A DNA stretch of 29,923 nt from positions 1 to 29,923 of the IMG/VR virus record IMGVR_UViG_3300038809_000047; one strand, 5' to 3'. The stretch comes from a virus (Duplodnaviria > Caudoviricetes). Below, piece after piece: positions 17,111-26,436 of the stretch; positions within the stretch are counted from its first letter, which is position 1; each line of letters starts with the position of its first letter. The notes under the pieces were generated by a model, which searched no databases, was not told the origin of the DNA, and saw nothing but the letters and a program-made list of their open reading frames with translations. The position numbers and the translations under genes were made by a program.

Positions 17111-17566
17111 TCAGGCAGGGCTGCGCGCAGGCGTCCCTTTTACTGCGATGCTGAGGCTCAGCACCATCAGCTGGTTGCGGTCGAGAACGGGTATCTGGCT
17201 GCCGCTGGCGAAGCCGGTGTAGGTGATGCTTGCCCCGCTGGGCAGCTTGTATTTCCAGCCAAGCGGCTGACGGGTATCGCGGCCATTGGCGATCAGCGCC
17301 TGATGATCTGAGCCCGGGTCATCTTGGAAAACCATCTGGACGTCGATTGGGTTGCGACCGTTTGGCTTGCGCACATCTTCGTACTCCCCGAGCGGGGTGT
17401 AGGCCAGAAAGCGCTCTTCTCCTCCGGACTGGGTCAGGCTCGTGATCTTCTTCACCTCGACCCAGGTGTCAGAGTCTGCCGCCGGCGGCGTCTGGTTTGC
17501 CAGATCGACATCGGCGCTCACCCATACGGTCGTGCCGTTGGGTAGCGGTACTCGCTGAGACATCAC
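17111..17566 (-). CDS. Second, shorter tail tube-like protein
   Basis: Aligns by eye with the 218-aa tail tube protein (LPNG, WVEVKKIT, GGEERFL, RNP, LPSG, PVLDRNQLM). Confidence 0.82.
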   Translation of the reverse strand: MMSQRVPLPNGTTVWVSADVDLANQTPPAADSDTWVEVKKITSLTQSGGEERFLAYTPLGEYEDVRKPNGRNPIDVQMVFQDDPGSDHQALIANGRDTRQPLGWKYKLPSGASITYTGFASGSQIPVLDRNQLMVLSLSIAVKGTPARSPA

Positions 17567-17982
17567 GCCTCCTTTGGCGCCTGGCCGAGATACGAGAATC
17601 TTACCGGCACGGTGTAGACATCTGGCTCGGTGATGGTCGGGCCTTGGTCTACTGGCTGAATCACGATCCCGTCGAAGCCGGCTCGGGAAAGCGCTGAATC
17701 GACTGGAAACAATGCTGCCAATTGATCTACCACGCCCTCAGGAATCCCGATCGCTTCATTCACTGGCGTGACGATGCTGATCTGATAGACGCCGCGGTAT
17801 TCGATTGCCTCGGAGTTAAGGTAACGCGACGTTGTGCTGGCCGGGAGCAAAAAGGCGTGCAGATAAACCTGCCCCTCGGGCTTGTCGAATGTCTCCGCGC
17901 CGTGCGCTATCAGGATTCCTTGAGTATCAGCCCATGCATCAAGTTTGACCTCGATAGCCCTTCTTGCGCGCGCATGGCTCAT
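17563..17982 (-). CDS. Tail terminator-like protein (DUF4128-like)
   Basis: YRGVYQISIVTP and YTVPVRFSY motifs. Gene position. Confidence 0.78.
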   Translation of the reverse strand: MSHARARRAIEVKLDAWADTQGILIAHGAETFDKPEGQVYLHAFLLPASTTSRYLNSEAIEYRGVYQISIVTPVNEAIGIPEGVVDQLAALFPVDSALSRAGFDGIVIQPVDQGPTITEPDVYTVPVRFSYLGQAPKEA

Positions 17983-18425
17983 CTTGTTACCTCTCTAACC
18001 GCTTCATTGACGATCTGTTCGAACAGCTCAAGCGTGATCGCCACCATGCCAGTTGGAGCCTGGCTGCTGTGCCCGTACTCAAGGGGTATCGCGTAGATCA
18101 GGTTGTTGACCACGAAGGCGGTCTGGCCGAAGGAAAGATGCTGAGCATCGGCCACAAGACGGGCGATGGTTTCGTGGCCCTCCTTGTCGTAATTGTCCAG
18201 GCTTGTCGAGGCTGGCTGATCAATCGTCATCTGCCAGTTACCACGGAACCGCCCGGTATCGACAGGACTCAACCGAATAACTGTGCTGCCGATCTGGATT
18301 ACCGTCTTGCGCAGGATCTCATCCATGTCGTCAAGCGCTTGGTCGCGGAACTGCTGCAGGGTCGCAGCGAAGGAACCGTTCAGACCCCCGTACTTGGACG
18401 TCATGTGGTGGATTTTCTCAGCCAT
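17979..18425 (-). CDS. HK97 gp10-like tail completion/neck protein
   Basis: SPVDTGRFRGNW and NNLIYAIPLEYGHSSQAPTGMV motifs. Confidence 0.88.
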   Translation of the reverse strand: MAEKIHHMTSKYGGLNGSFAATLQQFRDQALDDMDEILRKTVIQIGSTVIRLSPVDTGRFRGNWQMTIDQPASTSLDNYDKEGHETIARLVADAQHLSFGQTAFVVNNLIYAIPLEYGHSSQAPTGMVAITLELFEQIVNEAVREVTR

Positions 18426-18814
18426 TACGCCCTCGCTTGCACTTCAAAACCGACTGCAAGGCCGGCGTAATTCCAAGGATTAACCTGGACAACCGTGTAA
18501 ATCTTGCCGTCAAACGTCACCTTGTCCTGCGGCGCTGCCTGCGGCATGTCCAAGCTGTTCAACTGAACTGGCGAAACGATGAATTTGACATCACCTACTT
18601 TTATGTTGGTGCCGTCGATGTCGCTCTGCTCGTAAGACTCGCGCAAGCCAGACCCCGGATAAGTGGTCGTCACATCAGTGGTTGCGCCGGTGTCTGGATT
18701 TCGAGGGCCTTTGACCGTGCGGCTTAGGGTTAGCGGCGCACCCTTCCCACCATTGGCTCGCGGCGCGAGCATGCGGATTGCAAGCGCCTTGCTCCGGTCG
18801 TAGATGTCAGCCAC
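18425..18814 (-). CDS. Head closure/head-tail joining protein
   Basis: GTG start at 18814 with AGGAG upstream. IDGTNIKVGDVK motif. Gene position. Confidence 0.75.
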   Translation of the reverse strand: MADIYDRSKALAIRMLAPRANGGKGAPLTLSRTVKGPRNPDTGATTDVTTTYPGSGLRESYEQSDIDGTNIKVGDVKFIVSPVQLNSLDMPQAAPQDKVTFDGKIYTVVQVNPWNYAGLAVGFEVQARA

Positions 18815-18816
18815 GG

Positions 18817-19839
18817 CTATCTCCTGAGCTGGTAAATGCAGATGCAGCGGCAATTGGCCGTTTCGCTGTACCCGGCCCCCAAACTTGAATCACCCGGGAA
18901 GCGCAAGAGAGCGCCAGCCCCAGTGATGAATGCCTGGCCAAGAACTACGCGTTGCCCGCGCATGCTTCGATGGCTATTGCGGACTTTCTCGTCGCTGCGG
19001 TCGCGCCAGTCCTTGACTACACGATTGCGATCTATGCCCTGCTCTACGATTTGCTCCCAAGCCCGTTCACGACCAGCGCTGAACGACTCGTGGGCGTTGG
19101 TTTGTGCGATCACCTCGGCGTGGTATTTCAGCAAGCGATCGGCATAGCGGCCGGCCATCTTGTCGACATCAGCCTGAGCGACTGGCTTGGCGGCATCGAT
19201 GGCGCGCTGAACAATCTTGTCGTAGCGCCGATCACGCTTGGCTCTGCCTAGATACTGCTTTAGCAGGGCGGGATCACCGCTGAGTAACTGATTGCGAGCG
19301 TTGACCACGTATTGAGCCATGTTCCCAGGGAGCCCCACGACCCCGCCGACACGCTGGCCGGTCTGAGTGCTCACCCGGCCAATCAGGTCCAGCGCGGCTT
19401 GCCTGTCAGTGCGGATTACTTCTTTCGTGCCAACAATGACGCGGCGTGAACCCATCACCGCCCGAACAGCTTCGCGGACTTCCGCAACTGCCGTGGTGCG
19501 CAGGCTTAGTGTCTGCCGCTCAATCCAGTCTGCAGCAGGACGCAGAGTGATGTCGAACTCCTTGCGTCCGATGACTGGTCGATCTGCCACAGGGATGAAG
19601 ATGGCAGCCAACTCATAACGCGCCCCGCCAATGTAGGCGCCGCGTACAAGCTCGGCCAACAACGCCAAAGTGCCAAGGCTGAGCAGCTCAACCAATCCGT
19701 TTTCGTCGTTCTCGCTCAGCAGGCGCTGCACCTCTGCCAGAGTTGCAGCATTGATCGTAGACCTGATCGCGTCCAGATACGCCTTCTGCATTCCTGGCTC
19801 AAGGGCCTCGATCTGCTGAAGAATCTCGGCGGCGGTCAT
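18817..19839 (-). CDS. Head morphogenesis/minor head protein (SPP1 gp7/MuF-like)
   Basis: KDWRDRSDEKVRNSH...LRFPGD...ETANCRC C-terminal motif. Confidence 0.85.
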   Translation of the reverse strand: MTAAEILQQIEALEPGMQKAYLDAIRSTINAATLAEVQRLLSENDENGLVELLSLGTLALLAELVRGAYIGGARYELAAIFIPVADRPVIGRKEFDITLRPAADWIERQTLSLRTTAVAEVREAVRAVMGSRRVIVGTKEVIRTDRQAALDLIGRVSTQTGQRVGGVVGLPGNMAQYVVNARNQLLSGDPALLKQYLGRAKRDRRYDKIVQRAIDAAKPVAQADVDKMAGRYADRLLKYHAEVIAQTNAHESFSAGRERAWEQIVEQGIDRNRVVKDWRDRSDEKVRNSHRSMRGQRVVLGQAFITGAGALLRFPGDSSLGAGYSETANCRCICIYQLRR

Positions 19840-20360
19840 ACAACGAAGACCGCAACGCCGCAGTAGGTCTTGCAGCCAAGCAGCGGAGCGAGCATCTCGT
19901 CGACGGTGGTGATCACTGGGCGGGCTGATGCGGCGCCTGATGCGCCATCACTCACCGCATACTCTGTTTCTAAGGGGCCGACCTTCTCGCGCTTGATTGC
20001 TTGGGTTGCGACGTAGTCCGGGCTCAGGCTGCCAGGGTTCACGATCTCGCGCAGAGCGGCCTCGTATGTGGCTTGCTCGATCTCGTTCGGCACCTCGTCC
20101 GGAGGGATGGCGCTACCTTCGTTGTCGGTCGCCCCTGTGCGCGGCCACTGCAGCGTCTGCGCCCTGCCTCCGGTCTTCACGCCAGAGAACAGCGACTCCC
20201 AGCGCCCGCAGGCGTTCTCGAACTGGTACTTGCCATCAATGTAGGCCGACGCCCGGATCAACGCGGCCTGCTTCGCCATGTCGTCGCCGGTCCAGGCGGT
20301 GTTAGCGCGTGCGGCTTGATAGGCGTCGGCGGCTGCGACGTTTCCGTAAAAATCTGGCAT
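19836..20360 (-). CDS. Head-tail adaptor (often annotated DnaT-like)
   Basis: AALIRASAYID, QTLQWPRTG and KREKVGPLETEY motifs. Confidence 0.82.
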   Translation of the reverse strand: MPDFYGNVAAADAYQAARANTAWTGDDMAKQAALIRASAYIDGKYQFENACGRWESLFSGVKTGGRAQTLQWPRTGATDNEGSAIPPDEVPNEIEQATYEAALREIVNPGSLSPDYVATQAIKREKVGPLETEYAVSDGASGAASARPVITTVDEMLAPLLGCKTYCGVAVFVV

Positions 20361-20379
20361 CGGGATGTCTCGAATAGGT

Positions 20380-20397
20380 GGAGCGGCGAACCGCTCC
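20380..20397 (-). other. Stable hairpin after the capsid-region genes
   Basis: Minus strand reads GGAGCGG-TTCG-CCGCTCC, with no U-tract. Confidence 0.5.
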
Positions 20398-20412
20398 GGG
20401 TTTTGCGGGGAA

Positions 20413-20796
20413 TTACTGTGCAGCGGCCAGCTTGGCTTTCAGATCGTCCAGGCTGTCTTTCTCGTCGAACTCGACGCCCTTCTCGGTCAGCGCAGCAACC
20501 ACTTCGTCGCGCTCTTTGGCGGCGAGCGCTTCGTCGAGCTTCTTGCGCAGGGTTTCGGTCTTGCTATTGCCGGTGGCGTCGATACCCAAGGCTTTCAGCT
20601 GGGCGAACAGGTCGTCGCGCTCATCACCGCCTTCGGCCGGGGCTTTACCCTCGACTTTCAGGAACGGCAGACGGGAAGCACCCTTGTGTCCTGCCGCGGT
20701 TAGGTCTACATCTTTGCTTTCACCTGGCAGCAGGTATACGACGCCAGTGGCGCTGTGCACGCCCTGCAACGCCTTCGAGTTGTTGGTCACTTTCAT
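20413..20796 (-). CDS. Hypothetical protein with two helix-extension-helix-like repeats
   Basis: ERDDLFAQLKALGIDATGNSKTETLRKKL and ERDEVVAALTEKGVEFDEKDSLDDLKAKL. Directly after the capsid gene. Confidence 0.75.
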   Translation of the reverse strand: MKVTNNSKALQGVHSATGVVYLLPGESKDVDLTAAGHKGASRLPFLKVEGKAPAEGGDERDDLFAQLKALGIDATGNSKTETLRKKLDEALAAKERDEVVAALTEKGVEFDEKDSLDDLKAKLAAAQ

Positions 20797-20808
20797 GACG
20801 CTCTCCTA

Positions 20809-21771
20809 TCAGGCCGCTGGCGGGGTGATTTCGTCGAGGTAGGCAACGGCACCCGGCAGGCGGATCTCGGTGCCACCAGTACGGGCGATGATGCCGGTTT
20901 CGAAGCCCATGATGGACTTCTGACGAGGTGCTAGCACGCGGCGAGGCATCGGCAGGTGGAAGCGAACCACTTCCGGATCCTTCCGATACGCGACCAGACG
21001 ACCACCACCGTCCTGGGATGCATTGCGGGCCTCGCGCAGAGGGGCAATATCCAGCGGCAGACCGGTTTCGGCGGTGTAGATGTTGTTCCGGCGCATGTAC
21101 TCCAGCACGGTCATGAAGCCATCGCCTGCGCCCATGCGCTTGGTGGCGACTCCACGGAACGCGTCTGGCGGCATGCGCAGGGTGTCAGCCCATTCAACTT
21201 CGCCGGTGTTGGTGCGGATGCCGCCCAGCAAGCCGTTTACGTCGGCCATGATCAGATCGACGTCCTTGGCCGACCAATAGGTTGAGCCAGCAGTACCGGA
21301 AGACGCCGCGTCTACGCGGGACACGTTGCCGTCGTTCAGCAAGCCGGTCCAACGCTTCTCAACGCTGCCGACGAAAGCAATGCTGTTCAGCAGGCGCTCA
21401 ACCTTATCGGCAGCCGAATCAGCCTTGGTGCCGCTCAGGTCGATACCGTAAAGCTGGGCTTGGTTGACCTCTTCGAGGTTCCATTCCCAGCCCGAACCGA
21501 TCATGGCGAAGTCGTGGGACGCTTGGTCATGCGTGGCCGAGTTGAACGGCATGTCAGTGCCGGTACCAGACAGGAACTTGGCTTCGCCCGCGGTATCCAC
21601 GGTGAAGAACGTGGTCCCGATAGCCCATGGAGCGCCTTCGGTTACCACAGGAATGCTCGCGGCGTAGTTAAACGTCGGGTAGCGGCGCGTGTAGATGCGC
21701 GTTTCGATGTTGCGGCCCTGGGCCAGAACAAAGGGGAACGCTGACTGCGCGTCTTCGAAAACTTGAGGCAT
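20809..21771 (-). CDS. Major capsid protein (DUF2184-like)
   Basis: 320 aa from ATG 21771. GRLVAYRKDPEVVRFHLPMP and RTGGTEIRLPGAVAYLD motifs. Gene position. Confidence 0.9.
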   Translation of the reverse strand: MPQVFEDAQSAFPFVLAQGRNIETRIYTRRYPTFNYAASIPVVTEGAPWAIGTTFFTVDTAGEAKFLSGTGTDMPFNSATHDQASHDFAMIGSGWEWNLEEVNQAQLYGIDLSGTKADSAADKVERLLNSIAFVGSVEKRWTGLLNDGNVSRVDAASSGTAGSTYWSAKDVDLIMADVNGLLGGIRTNTGEVEWADTLRMPPDAFRGVATKRMGAGDGFMTVLEYMRRNNIYTAETGLPLDIAPLREARNASQDGGGRLVAYRKDPEVVRFHLPMPRRVLAPRQKSIMGFETGIIARTGGTEIRLPGAVAYLDEITPPAA

Positions 21772-21772
21772 G

Positions 21773-22252
21773 TTAAGCGCTCCGATGTTTGAGGGATATT
21801 TCCACGATGTCGCCGTCCGCACCGGCGGTGTCGAAGATGGCGCCCGGGATCAGGACGGCACCGGCGGCCGCGGTCGTGGTGTAGCGATTGGTGGCCGTGA
21901 CGTAGTACACGTCGTCACCTGGCACCACAGCAGCACCGGCGGTGACATACATCTGGCCGTCAGTCATGAAACCGCCGGTGAAGTCTTGCGGGTAGCCGTC
22001 AACCAGGGTTGAACCGGTAGCGACCGGAGGAACGGCGGCGGTCAGCACGGCCAGGCCGAGGAACAGCGTGCCGGTGGCCGAGATTTTGTGGTCGTTGCCA
22101 GCGCCCGCGACGCGGAAGCCTGGAGCGCCGAAACGAATGCCCTCGGCGTTCGAGACGGTGCGACTGATCTTGTTGCACTTCTCTTCGTTCGCGACCAGGC
22201 CGGGAACACCTTTCGCCGGAGCGTTGGTGTAGGTGGTTTGGTAAGTTGCCAT
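21773..22252 (-). CDS. Head decoration/cement protein
   Basis: 159-aa beta-rich, Ala/Gly/Thr-rich protein between the scaffold and capsid genes. Confidence 0.78.
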   Translation of the reverse strand: MATYQTTYTNAPAKGVPGLVANEEKCNKISRTVSNAEGIRFGAPGFRVAGAGNDHKISATGTLFLGLAVLTAAVPPVATGSTLVDGYPQDFTGGFMTDGQMYVTAGAAVVPGDDVYYVTATNRYTTTAAAGAVLIPGAIFDTAGADGDIVEISLKHRSA

Positions 22253-22265
22253 GTCGGGTTTCTCC

Positions 22266-23381
22266 TTAGGCCTTGGCTGGAAGGTGAGCGGACTGCATGT
22301 CTGCGATCATCTGCAGGCGCGCTTTGTCGGAGTCGTCGCCACCGGTGCGGCTGTCCAGACCCTGGAAGTGACTGCGGACCGGGTCGGTCTTGCCGTTCTT
22401 GGCGGCGTCTTCCGCGAGGATGTCGAAGCGAGCCTTGATGTAGGCTCCCGGTTGACCTGCAATCGCGGCATCACCGAATTTCGCCACCACGACCGCCTTG
22501 CGGATTTCGTCCGCAGATTTGCCGGTGTAGTCCGCGTCGTGCAGAGTTTTGGCGATGGTCACCAGGTCGGTGCGATCTTTCACCAGCGCGTCGACCTGAG
22601 CGTCGGTCAGGATCTTGGTCTTGGCGTCGTCCAGCGCAGCTTTGATCTTGACGATCTCGTCGTCTTTGCCAGCCAGCGCAACAGCGTGAGCGTCGGTCAG
22701 GGTTTTGACGTTAACCCCGGCGTCGGCCAGCTGCTTGGTCAGCTTGTCGATTGCCTGGGCACCTTGGTCGGTGGTTTGTACGGACAGGCCATCAACAATG
22801 ACCGTGCGAAGTGAATCAGCCATGTCATGGCCTCCTGGTTGGGTTGGTTGCTTGTTGTCGCCGATGCGGAGGTGTTCGCCGCCTCGTGCCCTGTCCACTA
22901 GGGCCAGGTGGTTCATGGTCATCGGGCCGAGGATGGCGTCGTAGGCTTCGCCCTTGTCGGTCACCCCGTCTTGGAAGGTCAGCTCGGCGCCGTAGCCCAT
23001 GGAGAGCTGACGCTTGCCCGACTCGTAGTCAGCAATCGCCTTGGCATCCATCAGCACCAGTGGCACGCGGACGAATTCGCCGTCGCGCATCACTTCGCTG
23101 CCGGTCTGGCCAATGGCAACGTCCTTCCAGTTCTTGGAGTTGACGCCTTCGCCGCCCGGGTGGTCGTTGGTCATGGGTCGGTATGCGTAGGAGCGCATCG
23201 CGGTGTCAGCGAACACCGAGGACTCGGGCCGGTACACGCGAACGATCGGCATGTCAGGCTTGCCCACTTCTGAGCCGAGGTATTCCTGAATGCCGGTGCG
23301 GGCCACTTTTGCGTCGGCCACAAGGTAGCCGTCCGCCGTCCGCCGCGGATTAGACGCGGTCACGGAATCGGTGAAGATCAT
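22266..23381 (-). CDS. DUF2213-like prohead protease/scaffold
   Basis: ARTGIQEY, PMTNDHP, QLSMGY and NHLALVDRARGG motifs, followed by a coiled-coil C-terminal half. Confidence 0.9.
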   Translation of the reverse strand: MIFTDSVTASNPRRTADGYLVADAKVARTGIQEYLGSEVGKPDMPIVRVYRPESSVFADTAMRSYAYRPMTNDHPGGEGVNSKNWKDVAIGQTGSEVMRDGEFVRVPLVLMDAKAIADYESGKRQLSMGYGAELTFQDGVTDKGEAYDAILGPMTMNHLALVDRARGGEHLRIGDNKQPTQPGGHDMADSLRTVIVDGLSVQTTDQGAQAIDKLTKQLADAGVNVKTLTDAHAVALAGKDDEIVKIKAALDDAKTKILTDAQVDALVKDRTDLVTIAKTLHDADYTGKSADEIRKAVVVAKFGDAAIAGQPGAYIKARFDILAEDAAKNGKTDPVRSHFQGLDSRTGGDDSDKARLQMIADMQSAHLPAKA

Positions 23382-25159
23382 TGCGATACCTCTTCGAAGA
23401 TCTCAGGACCCAGCTCGATCGCGCCTCGGTATGGCTCAACCGCAGCCAGATCGACGCTTCCGGGCTCGTAGGTGAAGGTGATATGCGGCTGATACTCAGG
23501 CCAGTCCCACGACGCGCCGGCCTCGATGATCGAGACATGCCGCCAGGCCAGCTCTGAGCTGTTGAACAGCAGCACGACAGCACCTTCGCCGAACTTGTCG
23601 ATCAGCCTTGCCCCGCCGGGTGCGATCTTGAGGAGGCCCTTGCTGTCGCCAGACCAGGACTCGCCAACCTTCATCCAGTCGACCAGCTCGGTGCTGTAGG
23701 CGATGGTGACGTGCAGATCTTCGGCAGGCAGCGTCGAGGTGAAGCCCTGAGACTTCGCCCAAGCGACGATCTCGCTGCCGTTGGTTACCTTGCGGGACAC
23801 GTACAGCGTGCGCGGAGCGGCGTCGTTAATGACCTTGGTGGACGGAACCACACCGTCTACGCCAGCCTCCTCATCTTCCACGTCAGCAGTGCCGAACTCT
23901 TCGACCGCCGCCTCAAGACCAGGCAGAACGCTTTGCTCAACGAGTAGATTGGTGGCCGCCTGACCGAGCGCATCGCCGTCCCACAGCTTGGTATCGGCCA
24001 GAACCTTGATGGTGTCGGCCGTGGTCTTGCCGATGTCTGCCCGCTCCTTCGCCGTCGGCTGCCACAGGGGCGCCCATGCGTAGTGAATCTCTTCGGGGCG
24101 AGCACCCAGCGCCGACCGAATCAGGCACTCATCGAGCACGCTCATGGCTGGCTTGATGACCAGCCCCTGCTGTGCGGACACGTTGTCGTAGTAATTGCGA
24201 GTGTTCTCTTCGCCGTTGGCACCAAGGCCGGTCGAGGACTGCCCAAACATGCGGGTGCCGGGGATATCGAATGCCCCGGCTACGCCCTGCTCGGTCTTGG
24301 CGATCACCTCTGGCAGCGTGCTGAAGCTCGCAGACTTGGAGCTGTGCGTCTCCAAGCCGTCGAGGATCAGTGTTCCGTTGATGCCCTTTGCCGTTGCTGC
24401 CAGGCGAAGACGTTCGAGCAAACTGCGCTCGTAGTTCTTGTCCTGAAGGCTGGACATCAGGTTGGGGATGTTGATGACGTCGATCTTTGCCTCATAAACC
24501 AGGCTGACCACGTTCGCCATCGTCTCGTCATAATGCTTTACGGCGGGCATAGCACTCAGCAGCACCGAATCGCCCCAGCCGAACTGCAGGCCGTCGGCTA
24601 TTTCAGGGTCTGGATGCTCAGCACCGATGAAGATCACCAAGCGCGACGGGTGAATCTCGACCGTCGATCCTGGCAGGCGGTATGCCTTTGGCTTGCCGAA
24701 GCGCAGGCTTTGCGGATCCTGCTCGATCGCGGTCGGGGTCAGCTGTCGACGAGTCATCACAGTCAGGTACTTGATGCCGCCCTTGCCGATCCTTTCAGGA
24801 TTCAGCTCTGATGCTGTATCACGCTCACCCGTGCCGATGAAAACTGCAGCACCACCGAAGAGCCGAGCCTTGATCTGCGCCTCCAGTATCTTACTGGCGA
24901 CGTTCAAGCGGGTTTCTTCAGCCTCGATCAGCTGGATCTCTTTCTTATCGGCCTGCCAGTTGCGCCAGTTGCGGCATGCATCCACCGCCGGGATGTTCAC
25001 GCCCTTGCGCGCAGCCCATGAGCCGCGATAGGCGTTCAGCAACTCAAGGTCGGTCATCACCGGGACGGCATAGTGCGAGTGCGAGGCCTTGTCACGGCCA
25101 GTACCCAGACCTGCCACCAGGTTCTGGAGGCTGTCTTTGACGAAGGTGAATGCGCTCAT
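23378..25159 (-). CDS. Portal protein (DUF1073-like) fused to a C-terminal Acb1-like 2H phosphoesterase
   Basis: ARLFGGA and DIPGTRMFGQSSTGL...NYYD portal motifs, then an acidic linker, then TLYVSR...DLHVTIAYS...YQPHITFTY (two HxT motifs). Confidence 0.9.
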   Translation of the reverse strand: MSAFTFVKDSLQNLVAGLGTGRDKASHSHYAVPVMTDLELLNAYRGSWAARKGVNIPAVDACRNWRNWQADKKEIQLIEAEETRLNVASKILEAQIKARLFGGAAVFIGTGERDTASELNPERIGKGGIKYLTVMTRRQLTPTAIEQDPQSLRFGKPKAYRLPGSTVEIHPSRLVIFIGAEHPDPEIADGLQFGWGDSVLLSAMPAVKHYDETMANVVSLVYEAKIDVINIPNLMSSLQDKNYERSLLERLRLAATAKGINGTLILDGLETHSSKSASFSTLPEVIAKTEQGVAGAFDIPGTRMFGQSSTGLGANGEENTRNYYDNVSAQQGLVIKPAMSVLDECLIRSALGARPEEIHYAWAPLWQPTAKERADIGKTTADTIKVLADTKLWDGDALGQAATNLLVEQSVLPGLEAAVEEFGTADVEDEEAGVDGVVPSTKVINDAAPRTLYVSRKVTNGSEIVAWAKSQGFTSTLPAEDLHVTIAYSTELVDWMKVGESWSGDSKGLLKIAPGGARLIDKFGEGAVVLLFNSSELAWRHVSIIEAGASWDWPEYQPHITFTYEPGSVDLAAVEPYRGAIELGPEIFEEVSQ

Positions 25160-26436
25160 TGGTTGCTCACGTTTGCGAGTGTGTAGCCGCCCGCAATCGG
25201 GAAGCGCTGGACAATGAAGTACCCCAGTGCGTCGACCGGGTCTTCAGTGTCGTCTTTGTTGGGTTCGCCTTTCTCGTTGTAGGCCTGCTGCTCAAGCACC
25301 TGAGTGGTAACAGGGCATCGGTCGGTATTGACCCGATATCGGCACTGCCCTTCACCGTTCAGGAACATGGCATTCACGGCCAGCACCCTGTCGCGTACCA
25401 GCGGGTTGGATAGGTTGACCATCACCATGAAGCCGGCGGCGCGCAGCAGGCTGTGATCGGATTCGCTGCCGCTAACTGACTTGCGGTTCTTGCCGCTGGC
25501 GTCCGGGTAGACGGTGATGCTGCGTCCGGGGAATCGGCGTTTCAGCTCGACGATCATGGCCGGGGTGTCAAACAGGCCGGTCGCCTCTTCAAGCAGCATG
25601 GGCAGGCCATCGCGGATGACATGGATCGTCGCCGCCATGCGGTTTATGTTGAAGTCCATGCCGATGTGCAGCTGCTCACCTGGGCGAATCGTCTCGTTCG
25701 TGTGGCAATTGAACCGATTGAAGTTCGGATACACGCTGCCTGAGGTCAGGTTGACGAACTTGCCGTCGATGTACGCGTCAACCAGGTTGGCCGGGTACGA
25801 CTTGCGCAGCGACGGGATGTAGTCCTTTGGCAGGTTCTTGGCGTTCTGCCGCGTCGAGGCGTGCACGATGCCGTAGAAGTCGCGCTGGGTTGGGTCGGCA
25901 GCCAACTCCTTGACGAACTTGCGATGGACCCAGTTGAAGCCCTCCGGCGTCGTGGTGACGTCAATCGTGTTCTGATCGCGGCCTGGCCAAACCGTGGACA
26001 TCCGCGCAATGATCTTCTTCCAGGCGCTGTCGGCCTTCTTAATCGGCATACAGTCGATCTCATCGACCAATGCGTGTGCAATGTTGAAGCCGACGATGCG
26101 GTGCGGGTGCTCCATGCTCTTGCACACGATGGTGCTCAGGCAGCGGCCCTTGTTGTCGCGCAGGTACACCCGCTTGTTGCTGGCCACGATGTCAGCGAAC
26201 AGGCCGAAAGCTTCAGCAACCCCCGGCAAGGTGTCGTAGAAGATGTCCGTGATCTGCGGATATGTCGGGGCGAAGTAGCCTTGCGGTATGCCTGGGAACT
26301 CCAAGGCATTGATGCACATCCGCACACAGCCGACGAACGTCTTGCCGCTACGGTAGCCCCCGACGAAGGCCATGAACTTGTTGTGGGACTTGATGAACTC
26401 GAATTGGGGCTTATTCAGCATCAGGACAGGACGCAT
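25156..26436 (-). CDS. terL: Terminase large subunit
   Basis: Walker A GGYRSGKT, Walker B ALVDEID, TTTPEG, and nuclease motifs IGMDFN and DPVDALGY. Confidence 0.95.
   Translation of the reverse strand: MRPVLMLNKPQFEFIKSHNKFMAFVGGYRSGKTFVGCVRMCINALEFPGIPQGYFAPTYPQITDIFYDTLPGVAEAFGLFADIVASNKRVYLRDNKGRCLSTIVCKSMEHPHRIVGFNIAHALVDEIDCMPIKKADSAWKKIIARMSTVWPGRDQNTIDVTTTPEGFNWVHRKFVKELAADPTQRDFYGIVHASTRQNAKNLPKDYIPSLRKSYPANLVDAYIDGKFVNLTSGSVYPNFNRFNCHTNETIRPGEQLHIGMDFNINRMAATIHVIRDGLPMLLEEATGLFDTPAMIVELKRRFPGRSITVYPDASGKNRKSVSGSESDHSLLRAAGFMVMVNLSNPLVRDRVLAVNAMFLNGEGQCRYRVNTDRCPVTTQVLEQQAYNEKGEPNKDDTEDPVDALGYFIVQRFPIAGGYTLANVSNQ

Noticed and set aside
19836-20360. Replication function implied by a DnaT-like label
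   Set aside because: Position and motifs fit a head-tail adaptor.
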